Assembly (NCBI GenBank): GCA_963666735.1
Contig: OY762926.1
Location: 1,376,001 to 1,440,000, forward strand
From: Gemmatimonadota bacterium
GTDB lineage: Bacteria > Gemmatimonadota > Gemmatimonadetes > Palauibacterales > Palauibacteraceae
DNA: 64,000 nt
Direction of reading: 5' to 3'
Part shown: positions 1-13,777 of the stretch, piece after piece
Numbering within the stretch: the stretch's first letter is position 1
Layout of the letters: every line of letters begins with the position of its first letter
Program-made: the position numbers and the translations under genes
The notes under the pieces: generated by a model
The model's input: the letters and a program-made list of their open reading frames with translations, nothing else
Database searches by the model: none
What the model was told of the DNA's origin: nothing

Positions 1-126
1 CTTGCCGTACAGCGGGTGCGCGAGCCGCCGCTCGACGGACACCACGACGGTCTTTTCCATGCGGTCGCTCACGACCGTTCCGAGCCGAACCTTGCGCCGG
101 CCCTTCGTCGCCGATTGGTCAGCCAA
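1..126 (-). CDS. rpsQ: 30S ribosomal protein S17 (partial; 3' end off window)
   Basis: Manual translation from TTG at 126: [42 protein letters not shown], the S17 motif; follows rpmC. Confidence 0.93.
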   Translation of the reverse strand, partial: MADQSATKGRRKVRLGTVVSDRMEKTVVVSVERRLAHPLYGK

Positions 127-334
127 CCTGATTCTCCTCGCTACGCGCTCGCTCGGCCTGCACGGTCTTCAGTCGCGCAATCTCGCGACGCAAAGTCCTC
201 AGGAGCGACGGGTTCTCAAGTTCCTCGAACGCGGCCCTGTAGCGCAGACGAGCGATTTCGTCCTTCGCGCGGGTGAGTTCCTCGACGAGTTCCTCGTCGG
301 TGAGTTCGCGAATCTCCATCGCTTCCAGCGGCAC
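119..334 (-). CDS. rpmC: 50S ribosomal protein L29
   Basis: [10 protein letters not shown]...[20 protein letters not shown]10 operon position. Confidence 0.95.
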   Translation of the reverse strand: MPLEAMEIRELTDEELVEELTRAKDEIARLRYRAAFEELENPSLLRTLRREIARLKTVQAERARSEENQVG

Positions 335-745
335 TTAGTCCTCCCGCTCCAGAAAGCGTGTCTTGACCGGAAGCTTCGCCGATGCCAACTGCATGGCTCG
401 CCGCGCGAGTTCGATGTCGACCCCCTCGAGTTCGAACATCACCCGACCCGGCTTCACCGGCGCGACCCAGTACTCGGGGTTCCCCTTACCCTTCCCCATC
501 CGGGTCTCCGCGGGCTTCTGCGTGAGCGGCTTGTCCGGAAAGATGCGGATCCAGACTTTTCCACCACGCTTGATGTGCCGCGTCATCGCGACTCGAGCGG
601 CTTCGATCTGACGGTTCGTGATCCAGCCCGGTTCCACGGCCTGAAGCGCGTAGTCGCCGAACGAGACCTTGTTCCCGCGATGCGCGGCGCCGCGCAAGCG
701 CCCCTTCTGCTGTTTCCGGTACTTGATCCTCTTCGGCTGCAGCAT
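335..745 (-). CDS. rplP: 50S ribosomal protein L16
   Basis: [23 protein letters not shown] motif. Confidence 0.98.
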   Translation of the reverse strand: MLQPKRIKYRKQQKGRLRGAAHRGNKVSFGDYALQAVEPGWITNRQIEAARVAMTRHIKRGGKVWIRIFPDKPLTQKPAETRMGKGKGNPEYWVAPVKPGRVMFELEGVDIELARRAMQLASAKLPVKTRFLERED

Positions 746-751
746 GTGTCT

Positions 752-1444
752 CTATCCTCGCCCGCGGCCCGTACGGCGGCGGCGCCCGCCTGCCGTGTAC
801 GTCTGACCACGGCGGTCTTCCACGATCTCGCCATGAAAGATCCACACTTTCACGCCGATCGTTCCGAAGGTCGTCCGGGCCTGTCGCTCCGCGTAGTCGA
901 TGTCCGCTCGCAGCGTGTGCAGCGGCACGCGCCCTTCGTGATAGCCCTCCGAGCGCGCAATCTCGGCCCCGCCAAGCCGCCCGCCGCACTGAATGCGGAT
1001 GCCGCCGGCGCCGGCTCGCATCGCGGCCTGCACGGCCCGCTTCATCGCGCGCCGGAAGCTGATCCGCTGCGTCAACTGATGGGCCACGTTGTCCGCCACG
1101 AGCTGAGCCTGCGTCTCCGGCCGGCGGATCTCCTCGACGTTGACGGAAACTTCCGCATCCGTCAGCAGAGCGAGTTCGTCACGCAGCTTGTCGACCTCGG
1201 CCCCCCGCTTGCCGATGACGACGCCGGGGCGGCCGGTGTGGATCGTAACGACGATCTTGGACGGCTTGCGCTCGATCTCCACCTGGGCGATCGCCGCGTG
1301 CCCGAGCCGCGCTTGCAGGTACTTCCGCAACTTCTCGTCTTCGGCGAGGAGCTTCGGGAACTCCTTGCCCTGTGCGTACCAGCGCGACCGCCACGGCTTG
1401 ACCGCGCCGAGTCTGAATCCGTACGGGTGTGTCTTCTGGCCCAT
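752..1444 (-). CDS. rpsC: 30S ribosomal protein S3
   Basis: [35 protein letters not shown]. Confidence 0.98.
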   Translation of the reverse strand: MGQKTHPYGFRLGAVKPWRSRWYAQGKEFPKLLAEDEKLRKYLQARLGHAAIAQVEIERKPSKIVVTIHTGRPGVVIGKRGAEVDKLRDELALLTDAEVSVNVEEIRRPETQAQLVADNVAHQLTQRISFRRAMKRAVQAAMRAGAGGIRIQCGGRLGGAEIARSEGYHEGRVPLHTLRADIDYAERQARTTFGTIGVKVWIFHGEIVEDRRGQTYTAGGRRRRTGRGRG

Positions 1445-1794
1445 TAGTCTCTCGTGTCCACGACGACCGTCACATGGCTGCTCCGCTTGAGCCGGGGGGT
1501 CGCCCTTCCGTAGGCGCGCGCGCGCCAGCGCCGAAGCGTCCTGCCTTCATCCACGTACGCCTCGCGCACATAGAGTTCGTCCACGTCCAGCGTTTCGCCG
1601 CCCTCGTCCGCTCTGTATACGGCGTTGGCGACGGCCGAACGGAGCACTTTTCCGATCGAGCGCGCCGCCTTCTTCTTCGAGAATTGCAGGATGGCGTAGG
1701 CGTCGTTGACGTCGCGCCCGCGAATCTGGTCGATGACCAGACGCATCTTCCGCGCGGACATCCCGAGGTTCTTCGCCCTGGCTGTCGCCTGCAT
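1444..1794 (-). CDS. rplV: 50S ribosomal protein L22
   Basis: Start re-picked at ATG 1794: [26 protein letters not shown]...RARAYGRA. Confidence 0.95.
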   Translation of the reverse strand: MQATARAKNLGMSARKMRLVIDQIRGRDVNDAYAILQFSKKKAARSIGKVLRSAVANAVYRADEGGETLDVDELYVREAYVDEGRTLRRWRARAYGRATPRLKRSSHVTVVVDTRD

Positions 1795-2078
1795 CAGACT
1801 CTGCCCCTCCGGTCTCGCGCGGAACCGGCGTGCCCGCGGAAGGTTCGCGTCGTTGCGAACTCTCCGAGTTTGTGCCCCACCATGTTCTCCGTCACGTAGA
1901 CCGGGATGAACTTGTTGCCGTTGTGCACCGCGAGCGTGTGTCCGACGAAATCCGGGCTGATGGTCGAAGCCCGGGCCCACGTCTTGATGACCGACTTGTC
2001 TCCGGAATCGTTCATCCGCTGCACCTTCATCAGCAGCTTCTCATCGATGTACGGTCCCTTTTTCACGCTTCTCGGCAT
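1794..2078 (-). CDS. rpsS: 30S ribosomal protein S19
   Basis: Start at ATG 2078: [12 protein letters not shown]...HNG...[13 protein letters not shown]. Confidence 0.97.
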   Translation of the reverse strand: MPRSVKKGPYIDEKLLMKVQRMNDSGDKSVIKTWARASTISPDFVGHTLAVHNGNKFIPVYVTENMVGHKLGEFATTRTFRGHAGSARDRRGRV

Positions 2079-2092
2079 CGGATCTCCCGCTC

Positions 2093-2932
2093 CTACTTCG
2101 TGGCTTTGCCGCGCTTGCGGCCGCGCACGATCAACTTGTCGCTCGGCTTGTGCTTCTTCCTCGTCTTGCGACCCTCCGGCTTGCCCCACGGCGAGACGGG
2201 TGGACGGCCGCCGGAACTGCGCCCCTCCCCGCCCCCGAGGGGATGGTCCACGGGGTTCATCGCCACGCCGCGCACCTTGGGCCGACGGCCCTTCCACCTC
2301 GAGCGGCCCGCCTTCCCGGCTCGAATGAGTTCGTGGTCGACGTTGCCGACCTGCCCGACCGTGGCCCGGCACGATTCCGGCACCATACGCATCTCGGTGC
2401 TGGGGAGCCGCAACGTGACCGTTCCCCGCTCTTTCGCGACGACCTGGACGGACGCGCCGGCCGAGCGGGCAAGCTGCGCGCCCTTGCCGGGCGCGAGTTC
2501 CACGCCGTGCACGACCGTCCCGAGCGGGACCTCGCGCAGTGGCAGGCAGTTCCCCACGTTCGGGTCGATCCCCGACCCGGAGAGGATGGTGTCACCGACA
2601 CCGAGACCTCTCGGGTGGAGGATGTAGCGCTTTTCCCCATCCGCGTAGTGGAGGAGCGCGATGCGGGCCGAGCGATTCGGATCGTACTCGATCTCCGCGA
2701 TGACGCCGGGCACGCCGTCCTTCCTGCGCTTGAAGTCGATGCGGCGGTAACGCCGCTTGTGGCCGCCCCCGCGCCTCCGGCTCGTGATGTGTCCGTGATG
2801 GTTGCGGCCGGACTTCTTCGGCAGACCCTCCGTCAGCGACCTCTCCGGCTCGCTGCGGGTGATTTCCTCGAACGTCGATACGCTGCGGTATCGGGAGGCG
2901 GCCGTCACCGGCTTGAACTTGCGAATCGGCAT
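2093..2932 (-). CDS. rplB: 50S ribosomal protein L2
   Basis: [29 protein letters not shown]. Confidence 0.98.
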   Translation of the reverse strand: MPIRKFKPVTAASRYRSVSTFEEITRSEPERSLTEGLPKKSGRNHHGHITSRRRGGGHKRRYRRIDFKRRKDGVPGVIAEIEYDPNRSARIALLHYADGEKRYILHPRGLGVGDTILSGSGIDPNVGNCLPLREVPLGTVVHGVELAPGKGAQLARSAGASVQVVAKERGTVTLRLPSTEMRMVPESCRATVGQVGNVDHELIRAGKAGRSRWKGRRPKVRGVAMNPVDHPLGGGEGRSSGGRPPVSPWGKPEGRKTRKKHKPSDKLIVRGRKRGKATK

Positions 2933-2935
2933 CGA

Positions 2936-3292
2936 TCAGGCTCCCTCCAACACATCGACGGGACCGTCGGCGACTTCGATGATCGCCTTCTTCCAGTGCG
3001 GTCGCCGGCCCATCGTGCGCCCCATACGCTTCTTCTTTCCCCGCACGTTCATCGTGCGCACGGAGGTGACTCGCCTTCCCTCGAAGATCGCCTCGAAGGC
3101 ACGGCGGATTTCGATCTTGTTCGCGTCCGGCGCCACCTCGAAGGTGTACTTGGGACGCGGTTCCACATCGCCGCGGTCGATACGCGCCTGGAGACGCCGT
3201 CCCACCCCGTCGGTCCCCTCGGACTGCAGGCTGGTCGACGTCTTTTCCGTGAAGAGCGGACGCAGGATGATCTCGTTCGGCGAGCGCCTCAT
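2936..3292 (-). CDS. rplW: 50S ribosomal protein L23 (with internal insertion)
   Basis: RPLFTEK...KYTFEVAPDANKIEI...WKKAII; lies between rplD and rplB. Confidence 0.95.
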   Translation of the reverse strand: MRRSPNEIILRPLFTEKTSTSLQSEGTDGVGRRLQARIDRGDVEPRPKYTFEVAPDANKIEIRRAFEAIFEGRRVTSVRTMNVRGKKKRMGRTMGRRPHWKKAIIEVADGPVDVLEGA

Positions 3293-3936
3293 GCTTCACC
3301 TTCCCCGGCCGTATCGTCGACGGCATCGTCCGCCGCGTCGAAGACCGACGACTCGACGAGTACCAGGTCGGACCAGAGGATGTCATACGCCGACGCCTCT
3401 CCCCATGGGAGCACGCGCACCCCGGGCAGGTTCCTGGCCGACAGATGGACATCGGGTTTGTGGCCTTCCGTCAGGAGAAGGACGTTCTCGGACTCGCGGC
3501 CAAGGCTGGCCAGCAGAGCCGCGATGCGCCGGGTCTTCGGCGGATCGAAACCCAGAGGCTCGATGAGCGCGAGGTCGCCGTGCATGGCTCTCGTATTGAG
3601 TGCGGAGCGGATCGCCAGCCGGCGGATCCGCTTCGGTACCCGCACCCGATAGGAGCGCGGCCGCGGGCCGAAGACCACCGAGCCGCCGCGCCACAGCGCC
3701 GAACGAATCGAGCCGGCCCGGGCGCGTCCCGTCCCCTTCTGCCGCCACGGCTTCCGCGATCCGCCGCGAACGGTCGAGCGGGTCTTCGTCGACGCAGTCC
3801 CCTGTCGACGGTTCGCCAGCACGGCGGTGACGACCTGATGGAGCACGTCTTCATTGACCATGCCATCGAACGGGGTCTCGGGCAGGGCCCGTTCGGCCCC
3901 TGCCGTCCCGTCGGAGCTGTACGTCGCGACGTTCAT
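3289..3936 (-). CDS. rplD: 50S ribosomal protein L4
   Basis: RQGTASTKTR, KPWRQKGTGRARAGS. Confidence 0.98.
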   Translation of the reverse strand: MNVATYSSDGTAGAERALPETPFDGMVNEDVLHQVVTAVLANRRQGTASTKTRSTVRGGSRKPWRQKGTGRARAGSIRSALWRGGSVVFGPRPRSYRVRVPKRIRRLAIRSALNTRAMHGDLALIEPLGFDPPKTRRIAALLASLGRESENVLLLTEGHKPDVHLSARNLPGVRVLPWGEASAYDILWSDLVLVESSVFDAADDAVDDTAGEGEA

Positions 3937-4556
3937 CGACCCGACCTCACCATGACGAGGTTGTTTCGCGCTCCCGGGATGGAACCTTGAACGATCAGCA
4001 GGTTCCTTTCGGCGTCGACCCGGATGATCTTCCGGCTCATCGCCATGCGCTGCGTCCCTCCCATGCGGCCTGCCATCTTCCGCCCCTTGATGACACGGGA
4101 CGGATCCGTGCCGGCACCGATCGAGCCGGGGGATCGGAGAATGGACGTTCCACCATGGGAGCCGCGACCACCGGCGAAGCCGTGCCGCTTCACGACGCCC
4201 TGGAACCCGCGGCCCTTGGTCGTTCCGGTCACGTTCACCCGCGAACCGACGTCGAACATGCCGACCGTGAGTTCCTGACCCAGTTCGAGCTTCTCGCCCT
4301 CGAAGTCGAACTCCGCGAGGACGCGCGGTACGTAGTCGAGGCCGGCGCGCGCGGCGTGGCCCGCGGCCGGCTTCCGCACGCGGCTCTCCTTCACGCGACC
4401 GAAGCCCAGCTGCACGGCATCATAGCCGTCCTGCTCGGTGGTCTTGATCTGGACCACCGGACAGGGTCCGACTTCCAGAACGGTGACACCGACGGCCTTC
4501 CCGTCGCCGTCAAAGATCTGCGTCATGCCGATTTTTCGGCCGATCAACCCGGGCAT
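3933..4556 (-). CDS. rplC: 50S ribosomal protein L3
   Basis: Start at ATG 4556: [29 protein letters not shown]. Confidence 0.97.
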   Translation of the reverse strand: MPGLIGRKIGMTQIFDGDGKAVGVTVLEVGPCPVVQIKTTEQDGYDAVQLGFGRVKESRVRKPAAGHAARAGLDYVPRVLAEFDFEGEKLELGQELTVGMFDVGSRVNVTGTTKGRGFQGVVKRHGFAGGRGSHGGTSILRSPGSIGAGTDPSRVIKGRKMAGRMGGTQRMAMSRKIIRVDAERNLLIVQGSIPGARNNLVMVRSGR

Positions 4557-4560
4557 CTCG

Positions 4561-4869
4561 CTACTCGACTTTGATTTCCACATCGACGCCGGCCGCGAGA
4601 TCCAGCTTCGTCAGCGCGTCGATCGTCTGCGGACGGGAGTCATGGATATCGATGAGCCGCTTGTGCGTCTTCAGTTCGAACTGTTCCCGCGATTTCTTGT
4701 CCACGTGAGGACTCCGCAGGACCGTGAACAATTGACGGCGCGTCGGAAGCGGGATCGGCCCGCTGACGGACGCACCGGTCTTCTGCGCGGTCCGAACGAT
4801 GTCCGACGCCGTCTGGTCGATCACCGCTGGATCGAATGCTTTCAGCCGAATCCGAATCTTCTGCGCCAT
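4561..4869 (-). CDS. rpsJ: 30S ribosomal protein S10
   Basis: [24 protein letters not shown]. Confidence 0.98.
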   Translation of the reverse strand: MAQKIRIRLKAFDPAVIDQTASDIVRTAQKTGASVSGPIPLPTRRQLFTVLRSPHVDKKSREQFELKTHKRLIDIHDSRPQTIDALTKLDLAAGVDVEIKVE

Positions 4870-4903
4870 ATGTGTGCGCCGTCTCGTTTTCCGGGGGTGT
4901 CCG

Positions 4904-6113
<1,210 letters not shown>

Positions 6114-6154
6114 GTGTCTCGTCTGCGTCTGTTGGCGGACGGCCCCTTCGCCGC

Positions 6155-8251
6155 CTACGAACCGTTGGCGGAGACAATCTCCGCCGTCTTGGAGCCCGGA
6201 ACTTCCTCGTAGTGCGAAAACTGCATGGTGTAGACCGCGCGACCCTGGCTGATCGAGCGCAGGGACGTCGCGTAGCCGAACATCTCCGACAGCGGCACGG
6301 ACGCGCCGACGACCTGGGCCGACGACCGCTGCGTCATGCCGCCGATCTTGCCCCGCCGACTGGAGAGGTCTCCCATCACGTCCCCGAGATAATCTTCGGG
6401 CGTAACGACTTCCACGTTCATGACCGGTTCGAGCAGGACGGGTTGCGCCCTGCGCGCACCTTCCTTGAGCGCGATCGAGCCGGCGATCTTGAAGGCCATC
6501 TCGCTGGAATCGACGTCATGGTACGAGCCGTCGATCAGCGTGGCCTTGATGTCGATGATCGGGTAGCCGGCGACGATCCCCGAATCCAGCGCCTCGCGAA
6601 TCCCCTGTTCCACCGAGAGCACGTACTCGCGGGGCACGTTTCCGCCCCGGATCTCGGAGTCGAAGATGAAGCCGCCACCGGGATCCGTGGGCTCGAGGTT
6701 GATGATCACGTGCCCGAACTGCCCGCGGCCACCGGACTGCCGCACGAAGCGGCCCTCCACCTTGCGGACGGCTTTGCGGATCGTCTCGCGATAGGCCACC
6801 TGGGGACGGCCGACGTTCGCATTGACCTTGAACTCGCGCTGCAGCCGGTCGACGATGATCTCGAGATGGAGTTCGCCCATCCCGCTGATGATCGTCTGCC
6901 CCGTCTCCTCATCGGTGTAGACGCGGAACGTCGGGTCTTCCTCGGCCAGCTTCGCGAGAGCCCCCGACAGCTTCTCCTGATCCGCTTTCGTCCGCGGCTC
7001 GATCGCCACCCGGATCACGGGTTCGGGAAAACTCATCGACTCGAGCACGATCGGATCGGTCGCCGACGAGAGCGTATCTCCCGTCCGCGTATGCTTGAGT
7101 CCGATCGCGGCCGCAATGTCGCCCGCGAATACTTCGTCGCGCTCCTCGCGCTTGTTCGCGTGCATCTGGAGCAGCCGCCCGAAGCGTTCCTTCCGCGCCC
7201 TGGACGAATTCAGAGCCTTCGAACCGGCCTTCGCCGTGCCGGAATAGACTCTGAAGTAGGTCAGGCGTCCCACATACGGATCGGTCGCGATCTTGAACGC
7301 GAGCGCCGCAAAAGGGGCCTCCTCGTCGGCCGCACGCTCGACCTCCGTCTCATCCTGCTGCGGAAGGTGGCCAGTGACGGGAGGGACATCGAGGGGGGAG
7401 GGGAGGAAGTCGATCACGGCGTCGAGCAGGCGCTGTACGCCTTTGTTCTTGAAGGCCGAGCCACACAGGATCGGCGTGATCCCGTTGGCCAGCGTCGCCT
7501 TCCGCACCGCGCCGCGGATCTCATCCTCGGTGAGCTCGTCCCCTTCGAGGTACTTCTCGAGCATGGGTTCGTCGTACTCGACCGCGGCCTCGATGAGGGC
7601 GCTCCGCAGTTCCGCCACCTGGTCCGCCAAGGCGTCCGGCACGGGGCCCTCGGTCCAGCGCGCACCCAGGGATTCATCGTCGTAGACGACCTTGATCTCA
7701 CGAATGAGGTCGACCATGCCCGTATAGAGTTCACCCTCGCCGAGGGGAATCTGAAGCGGATGCGCGTTCGCCCCCAGGCGGTCGCGCATCATCCGGACGA
7801 CATTCATGAAGTCGGCGCCGACGCGATCCATCTTGTTGACGAACGCGATGCGCGGGACCCCGTACTTGTCGGCCTGCCGCCAGACGGTCTCGGACTGCGG
7901 CTCCACGCCGCCGACGGCGCAGAAAAGAGCCACCGCGCCGTCGAGCACGCGGAGGCTGCGCTCCACCTCCACCGTGAAATCGACGTGCCCCGGCGTGTCG
8001 ATGATATTGATGCGGTAGGGTTCGCCGTCGTGCGTCCAGTTACAGGTGGTGGCGGCCGACGTAATCGTGATGCCGCGCTCCTGCTCCTGTTCCATCCAGT
8101 CCATCGTCGCGTCGCCATGATGCACTTCGCCCAGGCGATGCGTCCGGCCGGTGTAGAACAGCACCCGTTCGGTCGTCGTCGTCTTTCCGGCATCGATGTG
8201 CGCCATGATGCCGATATTCCGAAGCCGCTCGAGCGGCGTTCTTCTCTCCAT
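6155..8251 (-). CDS. fusA: Elongation factor G
   Basis: [32 protein letters not shown]. Confidence 0.99.
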   Translation of the reverse strand: MERRTPLERLRNIGIMAHIDAGKTTTTERVLFYTGRTHRLGEVHHGDATMDWMEQEQERGITITSAATTCNWTHDGEPYRINIIDTPGHVDFTVEVERSLRVLDGAVALFCAVGGVEPQSETVWRQADKYGVPRIAFVNKMDRVGADFMNVVRMMRDRLGANAHPLQIPLGEGELYTGMVDLIREIKVVYDDESLGARWTEGPVPDALADQVAELRSALIEAAVEYDEPMLEKYLEGDELTEDEIRGAVRKATLANGITPILCGSAFKNKGVQRLLDAVIDFLPSPLDVPPVTGHLPQQDETEVERAADEEAPFAALAFKIATDPYVGRLTYFRVYSGTAKAGSKALNSSRARKERFGRLLQMHANKREERDEVFAGDIAAAIGLKHTRTGDTLSSATDPIVLESMSFPEPVIRVAIEPRTKADQEKLSGALAKLAEEDPTFRVYTDEETGQTIISGMGELHLEIIVDRLQREFKVNANVGRPQVAYRETIRKAVRKVEGRFVRQSGGRGQFGHVIINLEPTDPGGGFIFDSEIRGGNVPREYVLSVEQGIREALDSGIVAGYPIIDIKATLIDGSYHDVDSSEMAFKIAGSIALKEGARRAQPVLLEPVMNVEVVTPEDYLGDVMGDLSSRRGKIGGMTQRSSAQVVGASVPLSEMFGYATSLRSISQGRAVYTMQFSHYEEVPGSKTAEIVSANGS

Positions 8252-8303
8252 GAGCCGATCTATTGGTCTCTATCTGTCGAACCTCGGGTGCCGGACGGAC
8301 TCA

Positions 8304-8774
8304 TTACCAGCGGTAGTGCGCAAACGCCTTGTTCGCGTCCGCCATCCGGTGCACGTCCTCCTTCTTCCTCACCGCCCCGCCATCGCCGCGGGCGGCGTCG
8401 AGCAGTTCACCGGCGAGCCGTTGCGCCATCGTCTTGCCTGAGCGGGATCGCGAGTACTGCACGAGCCATCGGCGCGCGAGTGAATCGCGCCGCCGGTACG
8501 ACACTTCCATCGGCACCTGGTACGTCGCGCCACCCACGCGCCGACTGCGGACCTCGAGGATGGGCTTCGCATTCTGCAGTGCCTGCCGGAACACGTTCAT
8601 CGCCGGCTGTCCCGTCTTCATCTCGATGCTTTGCATCGCTTCGTAGAAGGTCCGCTCGGCGAGGGACTTCTTTCCGTCCAGCATCAGCATGTTGATGAAC
8701 TTCGTGACCTCCGTGCTCCCGTATCGGGAGTCCGGAATCACCTCACGCTGTTCGGCACGGTTTCGTCGTGGCAT
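8304..8774 (-). CDS. rpsG: 30S ribosomal protein S7
   Basis: RRVGGATYQVP, MADANKAFAHYRW. Confidence 0.98.
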   Translation of the reverse strand: MPRRNRAEQREVIPDSRYGSTEVTKFINMLMLDGKKSLAERTFYEAMQSIEMKTGQPAMNVFRQALQNAKPILEVRSRRVGGATYQVPMEVSYRRRDSLARRWLVQYSRSRSGKTMAQRLAGELLDAARGDGGAVRKKEDVHRMADANKAFAHYRW

Positions 8775-8893
8775 CTCGTTTCGCCATATCCGGCTCCGGG
8801 TTCATCCGGAGACTTCGCAATAAAGCCCGGCCGCGGACTCCGAGGCCGGGCCCAACGGTGTCCGGCCCGCTCGAACTTCCGAAGGATCCCGAG

Positions 8894-9265
8894 CTATTTT
8901 CTCTTCTTCGAACCGTACTTCGACCGGCCCTGGTTCCTGTCGTCCACGCCCGACGCGTCGAGGGTCCCGCGGATGATGTGGTACCGCACACCCGGCAGAT
9001 CCTTCACTCGTCCGCCCCGGATCAGGACGATGCTGTGCTCCTGGAGGTTGTGGCCCTCGCCTCCGATGTACGCGGTGACTTCGTATCCGTTCGTAAGTCG
9101 CACGCGGGCGACCTTCCGCAGAGCCGAATTGGGCTTCTTCGGCGTCGTGGTGTAGACGCGCGTGCACACGCCGCGCTTCTGGGGGTTCCCCTCCAGCGCT
9201 GGCGCCTTGCTCTTCTTCCGGACCTTCCTGCGGCCCTTGCGAACCAGTTGATTGATGGTCGGCAT
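8894..9265 (-). CDS. rpsL: 30S ribosomal protein S12
   Basis: Start at ATG 9265: [32 protein letters not shown]. Confidence 0.98.
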   Translation of the reverse strand: MPTINQLVRKGRRKVRKKSKAPALEGNPQKRGVCTRVYTTTPKKPNSALRKVARVRLTNGYEVTAYIGGEGHNLQEHSIVLIRGGRVKDLPGVRYHIIRGTLDASGVDDRNQGRSKYGSKKRK

Positions 9266-9336
9266 TCCCGCTCCATCGCTCCCTTCGGCCGCACCGGTGC
9301 GCCGATCACCGAACTCGGGGCCCGGCCGTTGGGGGT

Positions 9337-9369
9337 AAAAAAATCGGGGACGGATCCGAACCGCCCCCG
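9337..9369 (-). terminator. Terminator-like hairpin plus U-run inside the rpsL leader
   Basis: Minus strand GGGGGCGG-TTCGGAT-CCGTCCCC-GA-TTTTTTT. Confidence 0.55.
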
Positions 9370-9404
9370 CGGCGACTGCCGACCGGTCGGTCGACAGACG
9401 AGAG

Positions 9405-9433
9405 AGAGTAGTCTTGAGGCCTCTCCGTGTCAA
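9405..9433 (-). promoter_or_regulatory. sigma70-type promoter for the rpsL-rpsG-fusA-tuf operon
   Basis: TTGACA-N17-TACTCT on the minus strand. Confidence 0.7.
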
Positions 9434-9504
9434 GAAACCTCCGTCGCGGAGAGGGGGCGCGGAGATCCCGTAAACGCACCCCCTGCTTCGGTGTCGGATG
9501 GACG

Positions 9505-12500
9505 TCAGGTCGTCATGACCGCGCCCTCCTCCGCCACGGCGGCCTCGTCTTCCCCGGCCTGATCCCGGAGGTCCGAGAAGAGACTCCTGGGCATCTCCTC
9601 GGGCACGACCCTGCGGCGCATGGAGTCGATCTGCGCCTTCAGCGCGTCGTCCACGAGAAACTCGATATCGGAGAATCGGTGCGTCCCCGTACCAGCCGGG
9701 ACCAGGTGACCGATGATGATGTTCTCCTTGAGCCCTCTGAGGCGGTCCTTCGCCCCGCGCACCGCGGCGTCGGTAAGCACGCGCGTCGTCTCCTGGAAGG
9801 AGGCCGCGCTGATGAAGGACTCCGTGGTGAGGCTCGACTTCGTGATCCCGAGCAGGATCGGCTCCGCCCGCGGGGGCTTGCCTCCACCCTCGAGAACCTC
9901 GCGCGTCGCATCGCGGAACTCCATCCGGTCGACATGCTCGCCTTCGAGGAATTCCGTGCCGCCCGGATCCGTGATGCGGACCTTCTGCAGCATCTGACGC
10001 ACGATCACCGCAATATGCTTGTCGTTGATCCGCACGCCCTGCAGGCGGTAGACCTCCTGGATCTCGTTGAGCAGGTACTCCTGTACCGCCCGGGGTCCCC
10101 GGACCCGCAGGATGTCGTGCGGATTCACCGGACCCTCGGAGAGACGGTCCCCCGCACGCACGAGATCTCCCTCGTGCACGCGAAGGTGCTTGCCGACGGG
10201 GATCTGGTACACCATCTCCTCGCCGTCGTCCATGGTCACGATGATCTCGCGCTTCCCGCGCTTGATCCCGCCGAACGAGACGCGCCCATCGACTTCGGTA
10301 ATCGTCGCGGGATCCTTCGGCCTCCGCGCCTCGAACAGCTCGGCAACCCGGGGCAATCCACCCGTGATGTCGCGGGTCTTGTAGGCCTCGCGGCTGATCT
10401 TGGCGAGCGTCTCTCCCGCGTTGACCGCCTGTCCGTCCTGCACCAGCAGCTGCGTGCCGACCGGTACGATGAACTCGCGCAGCTTGGCGCCCTTCCCGGT
10501 CACGATGTTGATCACGGGGTGGAGCTTCTTCTCGCGGTCGTCGATGATGACCTGCTGACGCCGTCCGGTCGCCTCGTCCAGCTCCTCGCGCACCGTCTCT
10601 TCCGGTACGATGTCCGTGAACCGGATCTGCCCCTTCTTGTCCGCGACGATCGGTTCGGAGTACGGGTCCCATCCGAAGAGCAGATCCCCATGCCCCACGT
10701 CGGTGTCGTCCTCCACGAAGAGCGTCGCCCCGTAGGGAATGGCGAGCCGCGACAGGATGCGGTCGTCCGGCGTCTTCATGAGGAGTTCGCCCTCACGGCT
10801 TGTAACGATCGTGTCGTCCGACGGACTCGTGACGGTCGTCACGCGCTCGAAAGCGATCCGGCCCTCCAGCTTGGAGCGCCTTTGCGTCTGCGCCGCGATG
10901 CGTGCCGCCGTCCCGCCGATATGGAAGGTTCGGAGCGTGAGCTGCGTGCCCGGCTCACCGATCGACTGCGCGGCGAGAATGCCCGCCGCCTCACCCAGAT
11001 CGACGAGTTCCATCGTCGCCAGATTGCGGCCGTAGCACTGCTGACAGATTCCGCGCCGGGACTCGCACGTGAGCACCGAGCGGATGCGGACCTGCTGGAC
11101 ACCGCTCTCATCGATGGCCCGCGCCCTCGCCTCCGTGATCATTCCCCCGGCCTCGACGATGACGTCGTCGTCGATGGGATCGATCACGGCTTCCGCCGCG
11201 ATGTTGCCGGCGACACGATCCGACAGCGGCTCGATGATGTCCTCGCCCTCCTTGAGCGCCGTGACATCGAGCCCGAGGATGGTGTTGCAGTCCTCCTCGA
11301 TGATCGTGACATCCTGCGCCACATCGACGAGCCGGCGCGTGAGGTAGCCGGCGTCCGCCGTCTTGAGGGCCGTATCGGCGAGCCCCTTCCGCGCGCCGTG
11401 CGTCGAGATGAAGTACTCGAGCACGCTGAGGCCCTCCCTGAAGTTGGAGCGGATCGGGCTCTCGATGATTTCCCCGATGCCACCGGTCAACTTCTTCTGG
11501 GGCTTGGCCATCAGACCCCGCATCCCCGCGAGCTGCCGGATCTGGTCGCGAGAACCCCGGGCGCCCGAATCGAACATCATGAAGATCGGATTGAAGCCGT
11601 GTCTCGATTGCTGGAGTCCGCGGACCATCGCGTCGGCGACATCGTTGTTCGCGTGGGTCCAGGCATCGATCACCTTGTTGTACCGTTCCCCGAAGGAGAT
11701 TACGCCGCGGTGGTACGCCTTCGTGAACCGGTTCACGTCCTCCTGGGCCTCGCCGAGGATCTCCTGCTTCTCGACCGGGATTTCCATGTCATCGAGTCCG
11801 ATGGAAACGCCGGCCTTCGTCGCGTTGCGGAACCCGAAGTCCTTGAGCTCATCGAGGAACGACGTGGTGTCCTCGAGTCCCGCGAGCCGGAACGACCGGA
11901 AGACGAGGTCCCCCAAGGCACCCTTGCCCAGCGTCTCGTTCACGTACGGCACCCGGGAGGGCAGGATCGCGTTGAAGAGGGCGCGTCCGACGCTGGTCAC
12001 GATCCACTTCCGCTCGACCTGGCCGTCGTCGGCCTCCTCGTCGATGAGCAGCCGAATCGGCAGGTGGTGGTCCGGCGTCCCCGCCTGCGAGCGCAGATAT
12101 CCCGCTTCCAGCGCCATTTCAACCTGGTCCGCGCTCGCGAAGTGAGGGAGGTCCGATCCCGACGCGTGTTCGTCGAAGTCCGGCCGAACCTTCGTCATGT
12201 AGTAGCATCCGAGGACCATGTCCTGGGACGGCGACGCGATCGGCCGGCCGTTCGCGGGTTTCAGGATGTTGTTGCTCGACAGCATGAGGATCCGCGCCTC
12301 GAGCTGCGACTCGAACGACAACGGAACGTGCACCGCCATCTGGTCGCCGTCGAAGTCCGCGTTGAACGCCGCGCACACGAGCGGGTGAATGCGGATGGCC
12401 TTCCCCTCCACGAGCACCGGCTCGAAGGCCTGGATCCCCAGCCGGTGAAGCGTCGGGGCCCGGTTCAGGAGCACCGGGTGGTCCTTGATGATGTCCTCGA

Positions 12501-13758
12501 GGACCTCGTAGACCGTCGGGTCTTCGAGTTCGACGAGCTTCTTGGCGCGCTTCACGGTCTCCGCGTGCAGCCGCCGCTCGAGTTCGTGGATGATGAACGG
12601 CTTGAACAGCTCGACCGCCATCTTCTTGGGCAGCCCGCATTGGTGCAGCCGGAGTTCCGGACCCACGACGATGACCGACCGGCCGGAGTAGTCGACGCGC
12701 TTTCCGAGCAGATTCTGCCGGAACCGGCCCTGCTTGCCCTTGAGCATGTCCGACAGCGACTTGAGCGGCCGCTTGCCCCGTCCGCGAATCGCCTTGCCGC
12801 GCCGCCCGTTGTCGAACAGCGCGTCCACCGCCTCCTGGAGCATGCGCTTCTCGTTGCGGAGGATCACCTCCGGCGCGCGCATTTCCAGCAGCTTCTTGAG
12901 CCGGTTGTTCCGATTGATCACGCGGCGGTAGAGGTCGTTGAGGTCCGATGTCGCGAACCGTCCACCGTCCAGCGGGACGAGGGGACGCAGATCCGGCGGA
13001 ATCACCGGGATCACATCCATGATCATGTGCTCGGGGCTGTTACGCTTCGAGACTTCGTCGTCGCTGTTGCGGATCGCGTCGATTACCTTGAGCCGCTTGA
13101 GCTTCTTCTTCTTCCGGTGCTTCGAGGTCTCGTGAACGACCTCGTAGCGCAGCTGCTCGGCGAGTTCGTCAACGTCCAGTTGTCCAAGTAGCGTCCGGAC
13201 TCCTTCCGCCCCGATTTCGGCGCGGAACTCGGTATCTCCCTCCTCGCGCGCCTTGTCCGTCAGCTCCCAGTATTCATCCTCTTCCAGAACCTGCTTGAAC
13301 TCGACATCCTGCCGGCCGGGCTCGGTGACGACATGCGCCGCGTAGTAGATGACCTTCTCGAGATCCCGCAGCTTCATTCCGAGCAGGTAGCCCATCTGGG
13401 AAGGAAGGGTCTTGAAGAACCAGATATGAGCCACGGGCACCGCGAGTTCGATGTGCCCCATCCGCTCGCGGCGAACCTTGGAGAGCGTGACCTCGACTCC
13501 GCACTTGTCACATATGTGGCCGCGGTACCGGATCCGCTTGAACTTCCCGCAGTGGCACTCCCAGTCCTTGACCGGCCCGAAGATGCGCTCGCAGAAGAGG
13601 CCATCGCGCTCCGGCTTGAACGACCGGTAGTTGATCGTCTCCGGTTTCGTGACCTCCCCGTGACTCCACGAACGGATTTCCTCGGGCGAGGCGAGCTTGA
13701 TCTGAATCCAGTCGAACTCGGACGAACCGGCACTGCGATTTCGCGGAAAATCGATCAT
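9505..13758 (-). CDS. rpoC: RNA polymerase beta' subunit
   Basis: [12 protein letters not shown] catalytic motif, N-terminal Zn ribbon, trigger-loop insertion; start ATG 13758 (alternative GTG 13764). Confidence 0.99.
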   Translation of the reverse strand: MIDFPRNRSAGSSEFDWIQIKLASPEEIRSWSHGEVTKPETINYRSFKPERDGLFCERIFGPVKDWECHCGKFKRIRYRGHICDKCGVEVTLSKVRRERMGHIELAVPVAHIWFFKTLPSQMGYLLGMKLRDLEKVIYYAAHVVTEPGRQDVEFKQVLEEDEYWELTDKAREEGDTEFRAEIGAEGVRTLLGQLDVDELAEQLRYEVVHETSKHRKKKKLKRLKVIDAIRNSDDEVSKRNSPEHMIMDVIPVIPPDLRPLVPLDGGRFATSDLNDLYRRVINRNNRLKKLLEMRAPEVILRNEKRMLQEAVDALFDNGRRGKAIRGRGKRPLKSLSDMLKGKQGRFRQNLLGKRVDYSGRSVIVVGPELRLHQCGLPKKMAVELFKPFIIHELERRLHAETVKRAKKLVELEDPTVYEVLEDIIKDHPVLLNRAPTLHRLGIQAFEPVLVEGKAIRIHPLVCAAFNADFDGDQMAVHVPLSFESQLEARILMLSSNNILKPANGRPIASPSQDMVLGCYYMTKVRPDFDEHASGSDLPHFASADQVEMALEAGYLRSQAGTPDHHLPIRLLIDEEADDGQVERKWIVTSVGRALFNAILPSRVPYVNETLGKGALGDLVFRSFRLAGLEDTTSFLDELKDFGFRNATKAGVSIGLDDMEIPVEKQEILGEAQEDVNRFTKAYHRGVISFGERYNKVIDAWTHANNDVADAMVRGLQQSRHGFNPIFMMFDSGARGSRDQIRQLAGMRGLMAKPQKKLTGGIGEIIESPIRSNFREGLSVLEYFISTHGARKGLADTALKTADAGYLTRRLVDVAQDVTIIEEDCNTILGLDVTALKEGEDIIEPLSDRVAGNIAAEAVIDPIDDDVIVEAGGMITEARARAIDESGVQQVRIRSVLTCESRRGICQQCYGRNLATMELVDLGEAAGILAAQSIGEPGTQLTLRTFHIGGTAARIAAQTQRRSKLEGRIAFERVTTVTSPSDDTIVTSREGELLMKTPDDRILSRLAIPYGATLFVEDDTDVGHGDLLFGWDPYSEPIVADKKGQIRFTDIVPEETVREELDEATGRRQQVIIDDREKKLHPVINIVTGKGAKLREFIVPVGTQLLVQDGQAVNAGETLAKISREAYKTRDITGGLPRVAELFEARRPKDPATITEVDGRVSFGGIKRGKREIIVTMDDGEEMVYQIPVGKHLRVHEGDLVRAGDRLSEGPVNPHDILRVRGPRAVQEYLLNEIQEVYRLQGVRINDKHIAVIVRQMLQKVRITDPGGTEFLEGEHVDRMEFRDATREVLEGGGKPPRAEPILLGITKSSLTTESFISAASFQETTRVLTDAAVRGAKDRLRGLKENIIIGHLVPAGTGTHRFSDIEFLVDDALKAQIDSMRRRVVPEEMPRSLFSDLRDQAGEDEAAVAEEGAVMTT

Positions 13759-13777
13759 CTTCACCCTCTTGTTTTCG

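Noticed and set aside
8894..10672. 592-aa ORF ending in S12
   Set aside because: The upstream part is an off-frame overlap with rpoC; the true rpsL start is 9265
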